Below, piece by piece: positions 10,380-22,516 of a stretch of DNA of 64,000 bases; positions within the stretch are counted from its first letter, which is position 1, and the number at the start of each line of letters is the position of its first letter. A model generated the notes under the pieces. The model worked only from the letters and a program-made list of their open reading frames with translations, ran no database searches and was not told the origin of the DNA. The stretch comes from Eledone cirrhosa (taxonomy: Eukaryota): positions 28,768,001 to 28,832,000 of the forward strand of contig OZ024762.1 of NCBI GenBank assembly GCA_964016885.1, given 5' to 3'. Made by a program: the position numbers and the translations under genes.

Positions 10380-13122
10380 TAGATTATTTCTATTCTACAG
10401 CTATCTCTCTTCCCCAATTTCAAAATGTTCTGTTTACATTATTATTATTATTATTATGATTCACTTGTTTCCACAACGTATATATTTCGACCTTGTTTTT
10501 GATATAAACCATGTTGGACATTGTGTCTTTCTCTACAAACTCATCCCAACCCCTGCCATTACCTCTGCTTTCTCTCACTCATTCATTTCGGTGTTTACGA
10601 AGCTAGGTGAACATCTTCAAAATTCTTGCATATTTGCCTTGTCTAATATGCCTACTTATATCTGCTTATTTCCCCCGAATCTCCTGTGATGATATATGTC
10701 ATGATGGCTACCTATCTCACAATTTCCCACTCACCACCATAGGCAATTTCACCAATCAAACCTCAGCAACATGTCTTTACCCATTACCAGCCCCAACAAA
10801 CTCTGCCATTACGACTACTGTCCTTTTAGCCCTTACCAGCCCCAACAAACTCTGTCATTACTACTTCTGTCCTTCTGGACCTTACCAGCCCCAAGAAACT
10901 CTACCATTATTACTACTGTCCTTCTAGCCCTTACCAGCCCCAAGAAACTCTGCCATTACGACTACTGGCCTTCTAGACCTTACCAGCGCCAACAAACTCT
11001 GCCATTACTACTACTGTCCTTCTAGCCTTTACCAGCCCCAACAAACTCTGCCATTACTACTACTGTCCTTCTAGGCCCTTACCAGCCCCAACAAACTCTG
11101 CCATTACTACTACTGTCCTTCTAGCCCTTACCAGCCCAACAAACACTGTCATTACTACTACTGTCCTTCTAGCCTTTACCAGCCCCAACAAACTCTGCCA
11201 TTACTACTACTGTCCTTCTAGACCTTACCAGCCCCAACAAAATCTGCCATTACTACTACTGTCCTTCTAGCCCTTACCAGCCCCAACAAACTCTGTCATT
11301 ACTACTACTGTCCTTCTAGCCCTTACCAGCCCCAACAAACTCTGCCATTACTACTACTGTCCTTCTAGCCCTGCACCAAAGAATTCTTGTTTACCATTAT
11401 CTATGGAGGAGCAAAGGATAAATGGAACAACCCTGAATAAATAAATGAATATGAATCCGCGAGTTACCAAGCACCCATGCGAAGCTTTAATTCAGAGACA
11501 GGAGAAATTATAGACATGCTAGAGTGAAAGGATATTGACATATGCTGTGTGCAAGAGACTAGATGGAGAGGAGTGTCCGCTAGAGTACTTGTAGGCAAAA
11601 GTCAGTGCTATAAATTTTTCTGGGTGGGAAATGACAATGGGATGGGTGGTGTAGGTATAATATTAGCTGACAAATGGGTAGATAAGGTAATAACCACACG
11701 TATTGTTAACCAGGTAATATCAGGTAATACCAAAGGATTGGTGCAGCAGCATCATCGTAAAATGCTACAAGGGTAAAGTAGATGCACTAGATAGAATAAA
11801 CTATAGAGGTATAAAGCTGATGGACCAGGTCATGAAAGTAACGGAAAGAGTCATAGCACAGTTGATCAGGGACTGGGTAAAACTAGACGAGATGCAGTTT
11901 GGGCTTGCACCAGGAAAAAGCACCACTGATGCCCTCTTCCTTGTGAGGCAGTTACAGGTAAAGTTCCTAGCTAAAAGCAAGCCACTCGACCTAGCTTTTG
12001 TCGATCTGGAAAAAGCTTTCTTAGAAAACCAGGAATAGATTAGTGGCTTGTGAAAGCTGTACAAGCCATGTATAGGGGAGCTTTCAGTAAAGTAAGGCTT
12101 AACAATTACTATAGCGAGGAATTTAGCATACAGGTTGGTGTCTACCAGGGCTCTGTTCTTAGCCCTCTCCTGTTTATTGCAGGCTATAACAGAGGAGTTT
12201 AAGACAGGATGCCCATAGGAACTCCTATATGTGGATGATCTTACACTTATAGATGAATCTATGGCAGAACTAAAGAAACAAGCACCACCAAACTCTGGGA
12301 GGGCTCTGTAGAAACAGTAGACGGCTTTTGCTACCTAGATGACCGAATCAGTAGCAGAGGTGGGTGTTCTGAAAGTACAGTAACCAGGGTAACAACGGGA
12401 TTGAAGAAGTTCAGAGAGTTACTGCCACTGCTAGCTGCAAACGGCTTTTCCCTCAAAATGAAAGGCAGACAGTATGATGCGTGCATACGAACAGCAATGT
12501 TACATGGTAGTGAGACCTGGGCGCTGTCTGTAGAAGACTTGCGTAGATTAGAAAGAAACGAAGCCAGCATGCTCCGATGGATGTGTAATAGTAATATACT
12601 CACGGCAAAGCATATATGAATTGAGAGAGAGACTGAGCATAAGAGGAATCAAATGCTGTGTGCAGGAGTTGGGTTGTGTATGAAGGATGACAGCTGCATA
12701 AAAAGGTGCAGAGCACTAGAAGTCGATGGAAGCCATGGAGTGGGGAGACCCAGAAGACCTGGGATGAGGTGATAAAAGCTGACCTTACCCAATTGCACCT
12801 CCCAAATGCGATGACACCGGACCGTAACCTCTGGCTTCACACAGTAATACAGAAGACCCGACTTCCCACGGGTACAAGCCGAAGCTGCAGCATATAGACA
12901 ATATGCCCCCACACCCACCCACAGTAAAGTGGCCGTGGAGGTGTCATGACAAAAAAGAACCAATCACTTACTGTGAGGCTGGTGTTAGGAAGCTGTAGAA
13001 ATGAAGCCAAAATCAGTTCCCATCTGAGCAAGACAACATCACCCTACCTGGCACTGCCCACAACAGGACAACCTGTCTAACCCATACTACTGTGGAAGAA
13101 GGGACGTAAAACAGTGATGATG
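10380..13122 (+). mobile_element. Internally deleted, non-autonomous RTE derivative (paralogue ~32720-35246); 5' boundary approximate
   Basis: The endonuclease start (CCVQETRWRG) is fused directly to RT (TRIVNQVI). A second deletion removes the PHD region. 3'UTR and GAT tail are present. Confidence 0.85.
10783..11372 (+). repeat. 49-bp minisatellite, ~12 copies (~8 copies at 33121-33512)
   Basis: Unit cccttaccagccccaacaaactctgccattactactactgtccttctag. Confidence 0.92.
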
Positions 13123-13189
13123 ATATATATATATACACTGTGTACAATATATATACACTATATACAGTATATATTATACACTATGTATG

Positions 13190-13492
13190 ATGTCCAAGAG
13201 AAAGGCAATGGTCGATACAGGTTGGCACCAGTGACGTCACAACGTATATATATACTATATATATACACTATGTATATATTATATATACACTGTGTACAGT
13301 ATATATATATCCAAGGGAAAGGTTATGGCCGATACAGCTTGGCACCAGTGACATTACAGCTCATTTCTACAGCTGAATAAAGCGGAACATCGTGAATAGA
13401 GTGTCTTGCTCAAGGACACAACACATCACCCGCTCCGAGAATCGAACTCACCACCTTTTAATTGTAATCCTAATGCTCTAACCACTAAGCCA
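13190..13492 (-). mobile_element. tRNA-derived SINE head (paralogue ~35490-35644)
   Basis: Minus strand has A-box TGGCTTAGTGG and B-box GTTCGATTC, then the SINE body motif gtccttgagcaagacact. Confidence 0.75.
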
Positions 13493-13494
13493 TG

Positions 13495-14023
13495 ATACGT
13501 TCCAGAACCAACCGTGATATAGAGAGACCATAAAGTTTAAGCCTTAAAATACCTCTCATACATGCTTTAAGTACATATAAACTTATTAAAACACACTTAT
13601 GTACTTAAACACCAAAAACAGCCAGTAACGATCGTATAGAAACTAGCACCACTAGTTACCAATGAGGACCATTGCCAGCCACTTGGTAATACACTGCACA
13701 TCTCCCGTCAATCTATGAAAGGTTTGTAGTAGATTAGAGAAAAACACAATCAGTAAAACAGTAATGGAATGAATAATAGAAACATTTGTTCATAATTAAA
13801 GCCTTAAGATGTCCCTTCCTTATGATATACACTTTAATAACATTGAAACTTATTTAATAAGTTTAAAATTTAAACACTTTTTATTCAGACGTACCGCAAT
13901 AAGAAAATAGATATGTTCTAACGAAAAATCCGCGATGTGGCGAGGATTACCGCGATAGGAAATTAGATACGTTCCAAAGAAATATCCGCGAAAAGTGAAC
14001 CGCGATATAGCGGGGGATTACTG
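13495..14023. mobile_element. pogo/Tigger-like DNA transposon remnant (paralogue ~35645-35986)
   Basis: Terminus CAGTAATCCCCCGCTATATCGCGG on the minus strand, with repeated ccgcga subterminal motifs. Confidence 0.55.
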
Positions 14024-14423
14024 TTTATATACACACACAACATACATCTATCTATATACACTCATAACATATATTTCGATGTTTGACATTAAAATGTTGA
14101 CTGAGGGTGACAACTGTTTCTTGTTTGAGGTTGTTCCAGTGGTTGAAATATAGACGGAGGTAATTAAATAATAAAGACAGTCATGATAACAATATATTTT
14201 ATATCACATGTAACAGTGGAATCTGCTGATTGAAAAATATCACATCAACATTTCAGTTTGGAAGTGTTTTCTCTATATATAAAAATGGAGGAAGAAATAT
14301 ATTTTTATAATGTTGTTATATATATTTTCACTTGTATATAATTACTGGGTCGTTGTAGGGTTCACATAATTATATTATTTACATACATTAATATAGACAT
14401 TATGTAAATCTTTGTCAACTTAC

Positions 14424-14608
14424 CTCCTTCAGATATAATCAATGTGTTGTGTTGTTAGGTTTTACTAAACAACCAAAGAAATAATCTCTTTGTTATCAAA
14501 TTAGAAGTTTCAAAGATGTTATCAGCTTTATTTAACGTTGGTGTATCTTCTTCATCTTTAGTCATAAATTGATATCTTGTCAGAATGAAGTAGTGAGGCT
14601 GACTTTAT
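14424..14608 (-). other. Predicted 5'UTR exon of ZNF-A, spliced to the acceptor at 5178 (paralogous exon 36391-36589, acceptor 30212)
   Basis: Minus strand: tttcctatcaaatctgtAG acceptor, GAG|GTAAGT donor, and ctttctaatttcAG acceptor before the coding exon. All are conserved in copy B. Confidence 0.65.
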
Positions 14609-15131
14609 CTACAGATTTGATAGGAAATATAAATATATTAGGTTGATATGTGGTCTAAAATATATATATTGTATATAAATGACTGATAGCAGATGTTCTG
14701 GTGAAATAGTAGTTTTACTACTACAGATTGTAATGGGGCTCTTAGTAGACACAATTGTAAGAATAGATATGACAGTGTAAGACTGATGTCGGGGAAAGAA
14801 AATTGTGTGTAAATATATATATATAATTGTTACACAAGATATAATTAGATTAATTCAAGTTATAATGAAGACAGCAGGTACTCGGTGTCGTTGGTAATGT
14901 TTCAACTCTCGTACCGGTGTCATACGTTAAATGTCCCTGATATAATTTAATACCTTCAGACAGTTCCAATTGTATTTAATTTATTGTAAATCAGAAAGTA
15001 TCACCCAGTAAAATATCAATTATATATCAATAAGAAAACCTCTACGTAGTCTCACTGACTGCTAGAAATAGTTTGTAGGACTGGAGTATAAATAATATAT
15101 AAGATCAAAAGATGGTTAAAAGAGTTCCATG

Positions 15132-15202
15132 TATTTTATTATGCGCATTTCAAAAACAAATATCATCATGCGATGACATTTGCGTTTTCGTCAGATAAAA
15201 TA
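15132..15202 (-). ncRNA. Minimal type I hammerhead ribozyme
   Basis: Minus strand: TATTTTAT-CTGACGA-stem II (aaacgcaaatgtcatc/gatgatatttgttttt)-GAAA-TGCGCA-TA-ATAAAATA. Perfect 8-bp stem I and palindromic helix III. Confidence 0.85.
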
Positions 15203-16215
15203 GGGAGACATGATATGAAGGTTAAAAAACACTTGTGAATAGTGCAGTTTTAAATCAACATATGAAAAGTAGTTTTAGATTGATGTGTGATATTTGGAAA
15301 GAAATTGGGGGTGGGGGTGGGGTGAAAAGGATAAAAAAGAGGAGGAGATGAGAGTAAAGAATGGAGGGGGAGGAGTATAATAAGGAAGGATGAGATAGGA
15401 GGAGAGATGGGTGATAGAGAGAGAGAGAGATAGCTTTTATAACTGAGAAAAATATATTGTTTTACAGAGAGAGGTTAAAAAATCGTTGGAAGATAATATA
15501 TAAATTAAAAGAATTTGAAAATTAACGAAGAGAAAAATTTAAGAATAATGTTAAATTAAGGTTTGTATATTGAAAGGTTTAATAATATGTGCGATGAAAA
15601 GAAATTGTTAATATGTATTAAGAATAATATTAAGTTAAGGTTTGAATATTGAAGGGTTTAATAATATGTGCGATGGAAAGAAATTGTTGATATGTATTAT
15701 TAAAAAATATAAAAATATAACAATAGTAATGTAATTAAGGATATATTGTGAAAAGAAGTAGAAGAGTGGATGAATATGTGTAATATGTAGAAGTTAGATG
15801 AGCATGAAAGGGAGAAAAAATAATGAATTGAGGATGAATAATCTAACGTAAAAAAAAATGTTTATGTTTACGAAGGATTTTTCAAGGTGATATTATATAT
15901 TTAAAAGGGTAATAGTAAATGTTATGGCCAGTGATAGGATGGAAGAAGGAAGAGTGGATATATTGTGGTGAGTAATAATGAGAATTGGGAAGTATCTAGG
16001 AAGAAAAGGTACAGATTAGAGGTTAGAAATTAAAAGAAAAAAGGAAAAAAAGAAAGAAAGGGAAGTGATAAATAGGAGTGATATAAAATGAGTAACTAGT
16101 TTTATATAATGTATAATAAATAACATTGAAATAAGGTAGAAAGATGGGTATATTTTTAAAGAAATATATATGTGCCTTTGAGAAAAAGGATTTTAAATTG
16201 GTAAAGTATTAGATA

Positions 16216-16725
16216 TTAGTTGTATACTTTATGAAATGTTCTGTGGAATTTATGTAAGCAGAGAGAAAACAAGTCAGTGCATCTATTTATTATAGAATTT
16301 AAATTAGATATAATGGTAAATTTCTCACATAAACAGAGATTACATGTCTTGGATAGAGAAGCAGAACAAACCTTCCTCCAAGAGATGTTATAGTTAATAT
16401 TTTTGTCTTTCAAGGACCATATGAGTTATTTAAAAGACGAATGATAATTATAAAGACGGGCTTTAAAGGAGGTGGAAGTGGACTCAAAATAGGTAAAGGA
16501 ATTGGTGTCACTTATAACTTTACATTCGTAGATTAAGTTTTTTTCAAGACAATGGTTGTTGAGAGGACATTTATTTTTAACAGGGCAATTACAATTGCGA
16601 TTAGAGAAATTAACAGAGTTATTAACAAGTGACCTAGTGTTATCTATAGAAGGAATTAGATTGGAGAAGTTATTTACGATAGGAATAATAGTTTCTTGAT
16701 TTAGATTGGGATTAAGAACATTCAA
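16216..16725 (-). pseudogene. Penelope zinc-knuckle plus GIY-YIG endonuclease, with in-frame stop at 16426
   Basis: CNCPVKNKCPLNNHC-LIY...YFEST..FKARLYNYHSSFK*LIWSLKDK...CNLCLCEK. Confidence 0.8.
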
Positions 16726-17156
16726 CGAAGTTGCGTTTGACGTTGTATTTGGGTTTGCAGAAATTAGCCTAGAGTTAACAATGACGTCGGGAGTATTATT
16801 ACTATTATTATGATATTCAGTGTTGGAAGGAAGAGATTTAGTATTTAGTATTTTATTGTTGTGTTTAGAGATAATGTTGGAGATGTTGGAGGAGGTTGAA
16901 TAGGAACATTTTATTGTATGTTTGTTAAGTATTTTACTATAGATATGTGAGGGAGGGAAGCATTTATTTAAGGCACTTTAGCAGTTATTGGTTATAGAGT
17001 AGTCGCCACTTTAACAGGGTGGTAGAATCAGTGGTCGTTACTTTAACCGGGTAGATGATTGAAGGTCGTTGGATTATCTTGTTGACATAGACGTGAGGGA
17101 AGGTCCCTCGATCTATTTACCATCTATTTACAATATTCCTTTCGTCAGGTCGCCAA

Positions 17157-17527
17157 TTCCAGCAGCATGGATTAAAGATGTCATGGAGACACGAGTAACA
17201 CAACAACGACCTCAACCGCAGTAATTAGAGATGAAATGTTTGTTTATTTATATGGTTGAAGTTACAGATAAAAAGAGGTTACAAAAGGGAATGTGCCATT
17301 GCGCCGTTAAGCCGGCGAGGCTAGGGGTGCAATATCTCACTGCTACATTATACGTGTTGCTGGCTCGAAGTTTCTGGTACAAGAGAGAGATTCTTCAAAT
17401 CTTCGCGGGGAATTTCTTCCTCCCGGGCGCGTAGGGATACATCCTCTTCTACTGGCGCTGATTGGCTGAACTGAGCCAAATCACGCACAGAGAATGTATG
17501 TGAGCCCGCGGAATGTAGGTCACTACA
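17157..17527 (-). repeat. 3' LTR (371 bp)
   Basis: Begins TGTAGTG on the minus strand, contains AATAAA and is preceded by G-rich ggttggaggtga. Two substitutions relative to 19097-19467. Confidence 0.9.
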
Positions 17528-19096
17528 TCACCTCCAACCAGATTTTCAGCCGAAAATCGATAACGAAGAAACCAAGGACCCACATATTATTGAATCAGCA
17601 AGAACAAATGCTGAAAGAGCACATCAGTGAAAAAATAATTGAGCAGAAAGATTCATGCAAGAACAAAAAATAAACTAGGCGCGACGGGCCGTGTTGAGCC
17701 GCTGTCAAATGACTAGCTGTTTTGTAGTTTAAACGAGACCCTCAAGGGCCTACCAGAAAACAGATAAAGTCTGACATGGGCGAAGTTGCTGTTCTTGCAT
17801 TAAATGTTAATGGTAAGCGTTGTACCAGTAGCTGTGAACGAAGCTATTATGGTAGTTTACCAGTGCTGGCGAGAAAATGATGGCCCCCAGATGTATTGTC
17901 GAATGTGCTGTGGAGCCAGGAAAAAATGGCTGGTTGCTTTGTAAAGAAAAAAAGGCAAGTTTAATCTGTAGGTGGGCTGCAGTGTAAATTCCATAATTCG
18001 GGCGAATCCACAGAAGTGGCTGAAATATTGACAAGTCCAGTTCAATTTGTTGCCTTCCCAGCGAGTCGGGCAAAAACAACAAGACGGATGGCCGTCATGG
18101 ACGATCAGTGTGCAACGAGATGCGAAGCTGTTTGAGTTCAGCTGCAATTAGAATTCTCGTGTTGCGGTGCCTGTTTGAATCCAGTGGATTAAGCTCTGTG
18201 AGCTGCTAGCATGTGACAGCATCTCAACCAGGTGAAAAGGGACTCGCAGAATATTACGTTTGAAGAACATATACCAAGAACAACATGTTGGTGTGTGATA
18301 AAAAAAATGTGTGCATATGCAGGCATGTAAAACAGCAAAGAATGTGAATGAACAAAAACCATGAGCAAACAAATAGCAAAAGAGCACAAAACAAGTAAAT
18401 GCATTCTACAAAGAAATATGTGAATGTAACAAACTGATAATTCAAAGTCAGTCTAGGGGAGCAGAGAAATTGCTCAATAAGTTCAAAGTTTTTCAAAGTC
18501 AAATAGTTCACACATCACCAGTGTACAGACACTAGTTCTATTTGAAAACTGAAAAAGAAGTTTGCTAATGCCGTTAGGGGTTAGATGTATGGTGTTTTTG
18601 TGAGATTTCGTGGCCACCTTGTGTGGCATAAGGTTGTGTTGCTTATTGTTAAAGCAAAGTCAAAGAATCTTCTGTAGAGTAGCGGTCACCATACATGGCA
18701 CCCACGTCTGACGCCATAATGGTGAGAAAACCACTGTCTCAATTTCTCGCGTCCCTGGGCGTCGGTAAAGTTACAAGCCGTTTTGAAATTTCTGATGTGT
18801 GGTGGTTTGCGTCGGTAAGGCTATGAAGCTGCCACTCACTATTCCCTGTTTTGGTCAGTGGCTAAACAATGTTGTCGCTGCTGCTGCTGTCTTTGTTGAT
18901 CGTAGACAGGAGTTATCGGTAGCCATTTTGAAATTTCTTCGTAGCGAAAAGTTTTTGAAATACTGCTAATTTTTCAAAAATCTTAAAAGGAATATTTTTT
19001 ATTTTCGCAAGTTGCGAAAAGGTTGGCAACGTGGCAATAAAAGTTAAACTGGATGAATAAGAAGGGCTGCGTGATATTCTTACGTCGGTCACCACT

Positions 19097-19467
19097 TTCC
19101 AGCAGCATGGATTAAAGATGTCATGGAGACACGAGTAACACAACAACGACCTCAACCGCAGTAATTAGAGATGAAATGTTTGTTTATTTATATGGTTGAA
19201 GTTACAGATAAAAAGAGGTTACAAAAGGGAATGTGCCATTGCGCCGTTAAGCCGGCGAGGCTAGGGGTGCAATATCTCACTGCTACATTATGCGTGTTGC
19301 TGGCTCGAAGTTTCTGGTACAAGAGAGAGATTCTTCAAATCTTCGCTGGGAATTTCTTCCTCCCGGGCGCGTAGGGATACATCCTCTTCTACTGGCGCTG
19401 ATTGGCTGAACTGAGCCAAATCACGCACAGAGAATGTATGTGAGCCCGCGGAATGTAGGTCACTACA
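19097..19467 (-). repeat. 5' LTR (371 bp), followed by PBS-like TGGTGACCGACGT
   Basis: Near-identical to 17157-17527. The TGG-initiated motif lies 2 nt downstream. Confidence 0.9.
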
Positions 19468-19840
19468 GCACTAAAGAATAATTTAGGAATATTATTATTA
19501 ATAGAAATAGAGAAAGGAGCATTATACCAGATTATGTTTTTGTATCTAGGTCTTTTATTAAAGTTATTGGAATGATCATGATTAATTATTCTACTGTAAG
19601 ATCTTCTAGAATTTGTTTCTTTACTATATTTGATTTTATCAGGATAACCAGCGTTATTATAGTAATTAGCGTTAGCATCAAAGATGTTTTTATTAGATGA
19701 TAGGTTGAATATTCTTTTTCCAATATTACTAACTATAGCATTCTTAATATTAGTGGGGTGGTTAGATTTAAAATTAACATAATTTAGTTTCTCATTGTTT
19801 TTATGGTAAGGGTAATATAGGCCAGTGTCAAGATTAAGAG

Positions 19841-21170
19841 ATCATCATCATCATCACCGTTTTACGTCCGTTCTTCCACGCTAGCATGGGTTGTCCCGTT
19901 GTGGGCAGTGTCTGGTCGGCTGACCATGCTTTGCTCATACAGGAACTGATTTGGCTTGATTTCTACAGCTGATGCCCTTCCTAACACCAACCTCATTTAC
20001 AGTGAGTGCTGGGTGCTTTTTCGTGGCGCCTACACGTCCACTTTTCAGTGTGGGCTGGGTGCTTTTTTGCCGTGGCACCTCCACGACCACCTTGCGGTGG
20101 GGGGGGGGGGACATATTGTCTATATGCTTCAGCTTGTACCCATGGGAGGTCGAGTACTCTGTATTACTGCGTGACACCAGAGGTCACGGTCGTGTGTCAT
20201 TGGCTTTGAGAGGTGTAATTGGGTAAGGTCGGCTTTTATCACCTCATCCCAGGTCATCTTGGGTCTCCCCACTCTGCGGTTTCTATCAACTTCTAGTGCT
20301 CTGCACCTTTTTATGCAGCTGTCATCCTTCATACGCATCACATGTCCATACCAGCGCAACCGCCTCTCCTGCACACAGCATTTGATTCCTCTTATGCTCA
20401 GTCTCTCTCTCAATTCATTTATGCTTTGTCGTTCACGTATATTACTGTTACACATCCATCGGAGCATGCAGGCTTCGTTTCTCTCTAATCTACGTAAGTC
20501 TTCCACCTTCAGCGCCCAGGTCTCACTACCATGCAACATTGCTGTTCGGATACACGCATCATACAGTTTGCCTTTCATTCTGAGGGAGAAGCCTTTTGCA
20601 GCTAGCAGTGGTAGTAGTTCCCTAAACTTCTTCCATCCCGTTCTTACCCTAGTTATTGTACTTTCTGAACACCCACCTCCGCTGCTAATTCGGTCACCTA
20701 GGTAGCAGAAGCTGTCTACTGTTTCTACAGAGCCCTCCCAGAGATTGGTGGTACTTGTTTCCTGTGGCTGTTTGCTGCTTGCTGTCCCAGCACAGCTGCT
20801 GCATGTGAAGCCTACATTCTTAATTAAGCTTCCTGAGATCCCGCTACATCTCTTGTGTACCCATTGTTTGCATTTGGGGCAGAGAATGGAGTTCCTACCT
20901 ACACCTTTCCTACATACTGAGCAAGGCCATTTCCCTGAGGGGATCTGGGTTTTGTTTTCTCGTCTACTTACAAGGACCTTAGTCTTTGTCATGTTGACTT
21001 TGAGACCCTTTCTTTCTAGTCCCTGCTTCCAAGTTTGGAATTTATTCTCTAGTTCTACCATAGATTCAGTTATGAGTGCGAGGTCATCAGCATACAGGAG
21101 TTCCCATGGGCATCTTAAACTCCTCCGTTATTGCCTGCAGGACTATGATGAACAGGAGGGGGCTAAGAAC
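19841..21170 (-). mobile_element. 5'-truncated RTE LINE inserted in the Penelope RT
   Basis: ORF 20129-21061 (RT C-half with PHD-like finger), 3'UTR and (GAT)n tail. It splits Penelope NFLDVS|LNLDTG. Confidence 0.93.
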
Positions 21171-22110
21171 AGATACATCCAAGAAATTAGCTAGTTTGAT
21201 GTTGTTATCAAATTCAATTTTTAAGTTATGTTGGTTAAAGAGATTACGTATATTGTTCTTAATAATATTAAGGTTAACTATGTTGCAATTTAAGATAGTA
21301 AAGAGTCCATCGTCACGATAAATTCCACCGCGAAGTTGAGGAATTTTCCAATTCAAAGAGTTCAAAATAAAGATACCAATTAAATCTGTCAATTGGGATG
21401 AATCGGATGCTCCCATTGTGATGTCAAAGTTGTTAGAGGTATCAGCTCTGGTCCAATATTCATTGTTGAACTCTAGGATGGTTTTACGTGCGGTGAGAAT
21501 GATGTGAAGTTCATCTGTGGTGATGTCTGAATATTTGTAAGCGAAAGATAGAGCATTGTTGAGAAGTGAGGGCGAAATAGAAGAATAGTAGCTGGCAATA
21601 TCAAATTGAATAAATTTTTGTTTGTTTTTCTTATTCAATTTGTTGAACCAGCCAATCACTTCAGAAATACCAAACCATAAATTTAAGTTAGAAATAGAGC
21701 AATTAGAACAAACCTGTGGGATAATTCTATCCAAGATGGCTTTGCTAACAACCCCCAGATCTGATTTAGAGGCGGCCATTAATCTAACAGGTAGTTCAGT
21801 ACGAAAGTTGTTTTTGTGATCCTTGAGATTTATCCTCGGAGTTCTTGGGAGGAATGGTTCGGTCTTTTTTCCGATGCCAAGTTTTGACATAATCTCAGAA
21901 GCTTCAAAGTTTATGGATTCTAAATTATCATGGTTCGTTTTGCGATATTTTTTCCCTAAGTTCCTTTAGGATAAGGTTGCTATAGTTATCCTTAGAAATA
22001 CCATATAAATTATTTGTTTTGTCAGAGTGGACTAAAACATTTTTTGAGGAATTTAGGCTTGAAATCGTGTTCTTGAGATTTACAAGGTACTCTTGTCCTC
22101 TGTAAGATCT
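21171..22110 (-). pseudogene. Penelope-like reverse transcriptase (frameshift near 21930)
   Basis: ORFs 21928-22125 and 21087-21890 with DKT, KDHK, PVRL, FDI and YRDD motifs. Confidence 0.88.
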
Positions 22111-22490
22111 TATATATATATACACACATATATGTACGTATGTATGTATATGTGTATATATGGGTATGAATGAGTGTGTAAGTGTGTATATGTGTACGTA
22201 GGGTTTTGGTATATGTACGTTTGGTGAACATATGTGTATTTACCTGTAGGTATGTGTGTGCGTTCTATACGCATTTATGCGTGTATATTTATATATGTAT
22301 ATATAATTATATGTATACACACAAACATATATTTATATGTGTATTTGGTGTATACGTTCGTATGTGTGCGGGTATATGTGTCGCGCCGGTTTACGTTCAT
22401 GTGCGTGCGTTTATGTGTACGTGCATGTATATGCATGCATGGTGTGTGTTTTCGCATATGCACGTGTATAAATGTGTGTATGCATATATT
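22110..22490. repeat. Degenerate (TA/TG) low-complexity tract
   Basis: Alternating purine-pyrimidine sequence. Confidence 0.8.
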
Positions 22491-22516
22491 TAATTATTAT
22501 TACTTTAATGCATGGT

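Larger units (their letters stand above)
1..15071. repeat. Segmental duplication copy A (ZNF gene unit), paralogous to 24509-37054; left end runs to the window edge
   Basis: Colinear similarity from gtatt(t/c)atcctcatcacaa (1 vs 24509) to gtctcactgactgctaga(a/c)atag (15071 vs 37054), with the same TE fragments in the same order. Roughly 90% identity by eye, not computed. Confidence 0.95.
16978..19467 (-). mobile_element. Non-autonomous LTR retroelement, 2490 bp, flanked by GCACT duplication
   Basis: Direct repeats 19097-19467 and 17157-17527. TSD gcact at 16973-16977 and 19468-19472; removing the insert restores the Penelope frame LFFSALNKCFPP. Confidence 0.85.
15095..22110 (-). mobile_element. 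Penelope-like element (Naiad-like), 5'-truncated, disrupted by two nested insertions
   Basis: DKT motif and RT (FDIASYY, ITMGASDS, IYRDDG, NFLDV) at 21171-22110. Thumb region (YYPYHK, SNHP, IIWYNAPF) at 19468-19840. FPPSH..KCSYS, CNCx5CPLxxxC and a GIY-YIG endonuclease with CNLCLCEK at 16216-16977. AT-rich 3'UTR ends in a hammerhead; (TA)-rich flanks. Confidence 0.9.

Noticed and set aside
13420-13492. tRNA gene
   Set aside because: A and B boxes are present but run into a SINE body; no convincing cloverleaf.
16216-16725. Selenocysteine recoding as in some Naiad elements
   Set aside because: The interrupting stop is TAA, not TGA, and the knuckle cysteines are normal codons.
17231-17434. Duplicated 67-aa ORF (also 19171-19374)
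   Set aside because: It lies inside the two LTRs, antisense to the element, with no recognisable domain.
17807-18511. Short ORFs in the LTR internal region as gag/env
   Set aside because: No gag, protease, RT, integrase or env motifs recognised; multiple stops in all frames.
16978-19467. DIRS/Ngaro split-direct-repeat element
   Set aside because: The tail has no internal second copy before the 3' repeat, there is no tyrosine recombinase, and a TSD is present.
21087-21890. Apparent Penelope-RTE fusion protein
   Set aside because: The C-terminal VLSPLLFIIVLQ is chance in-frame read-through into the inserted RTE and stops quickly.
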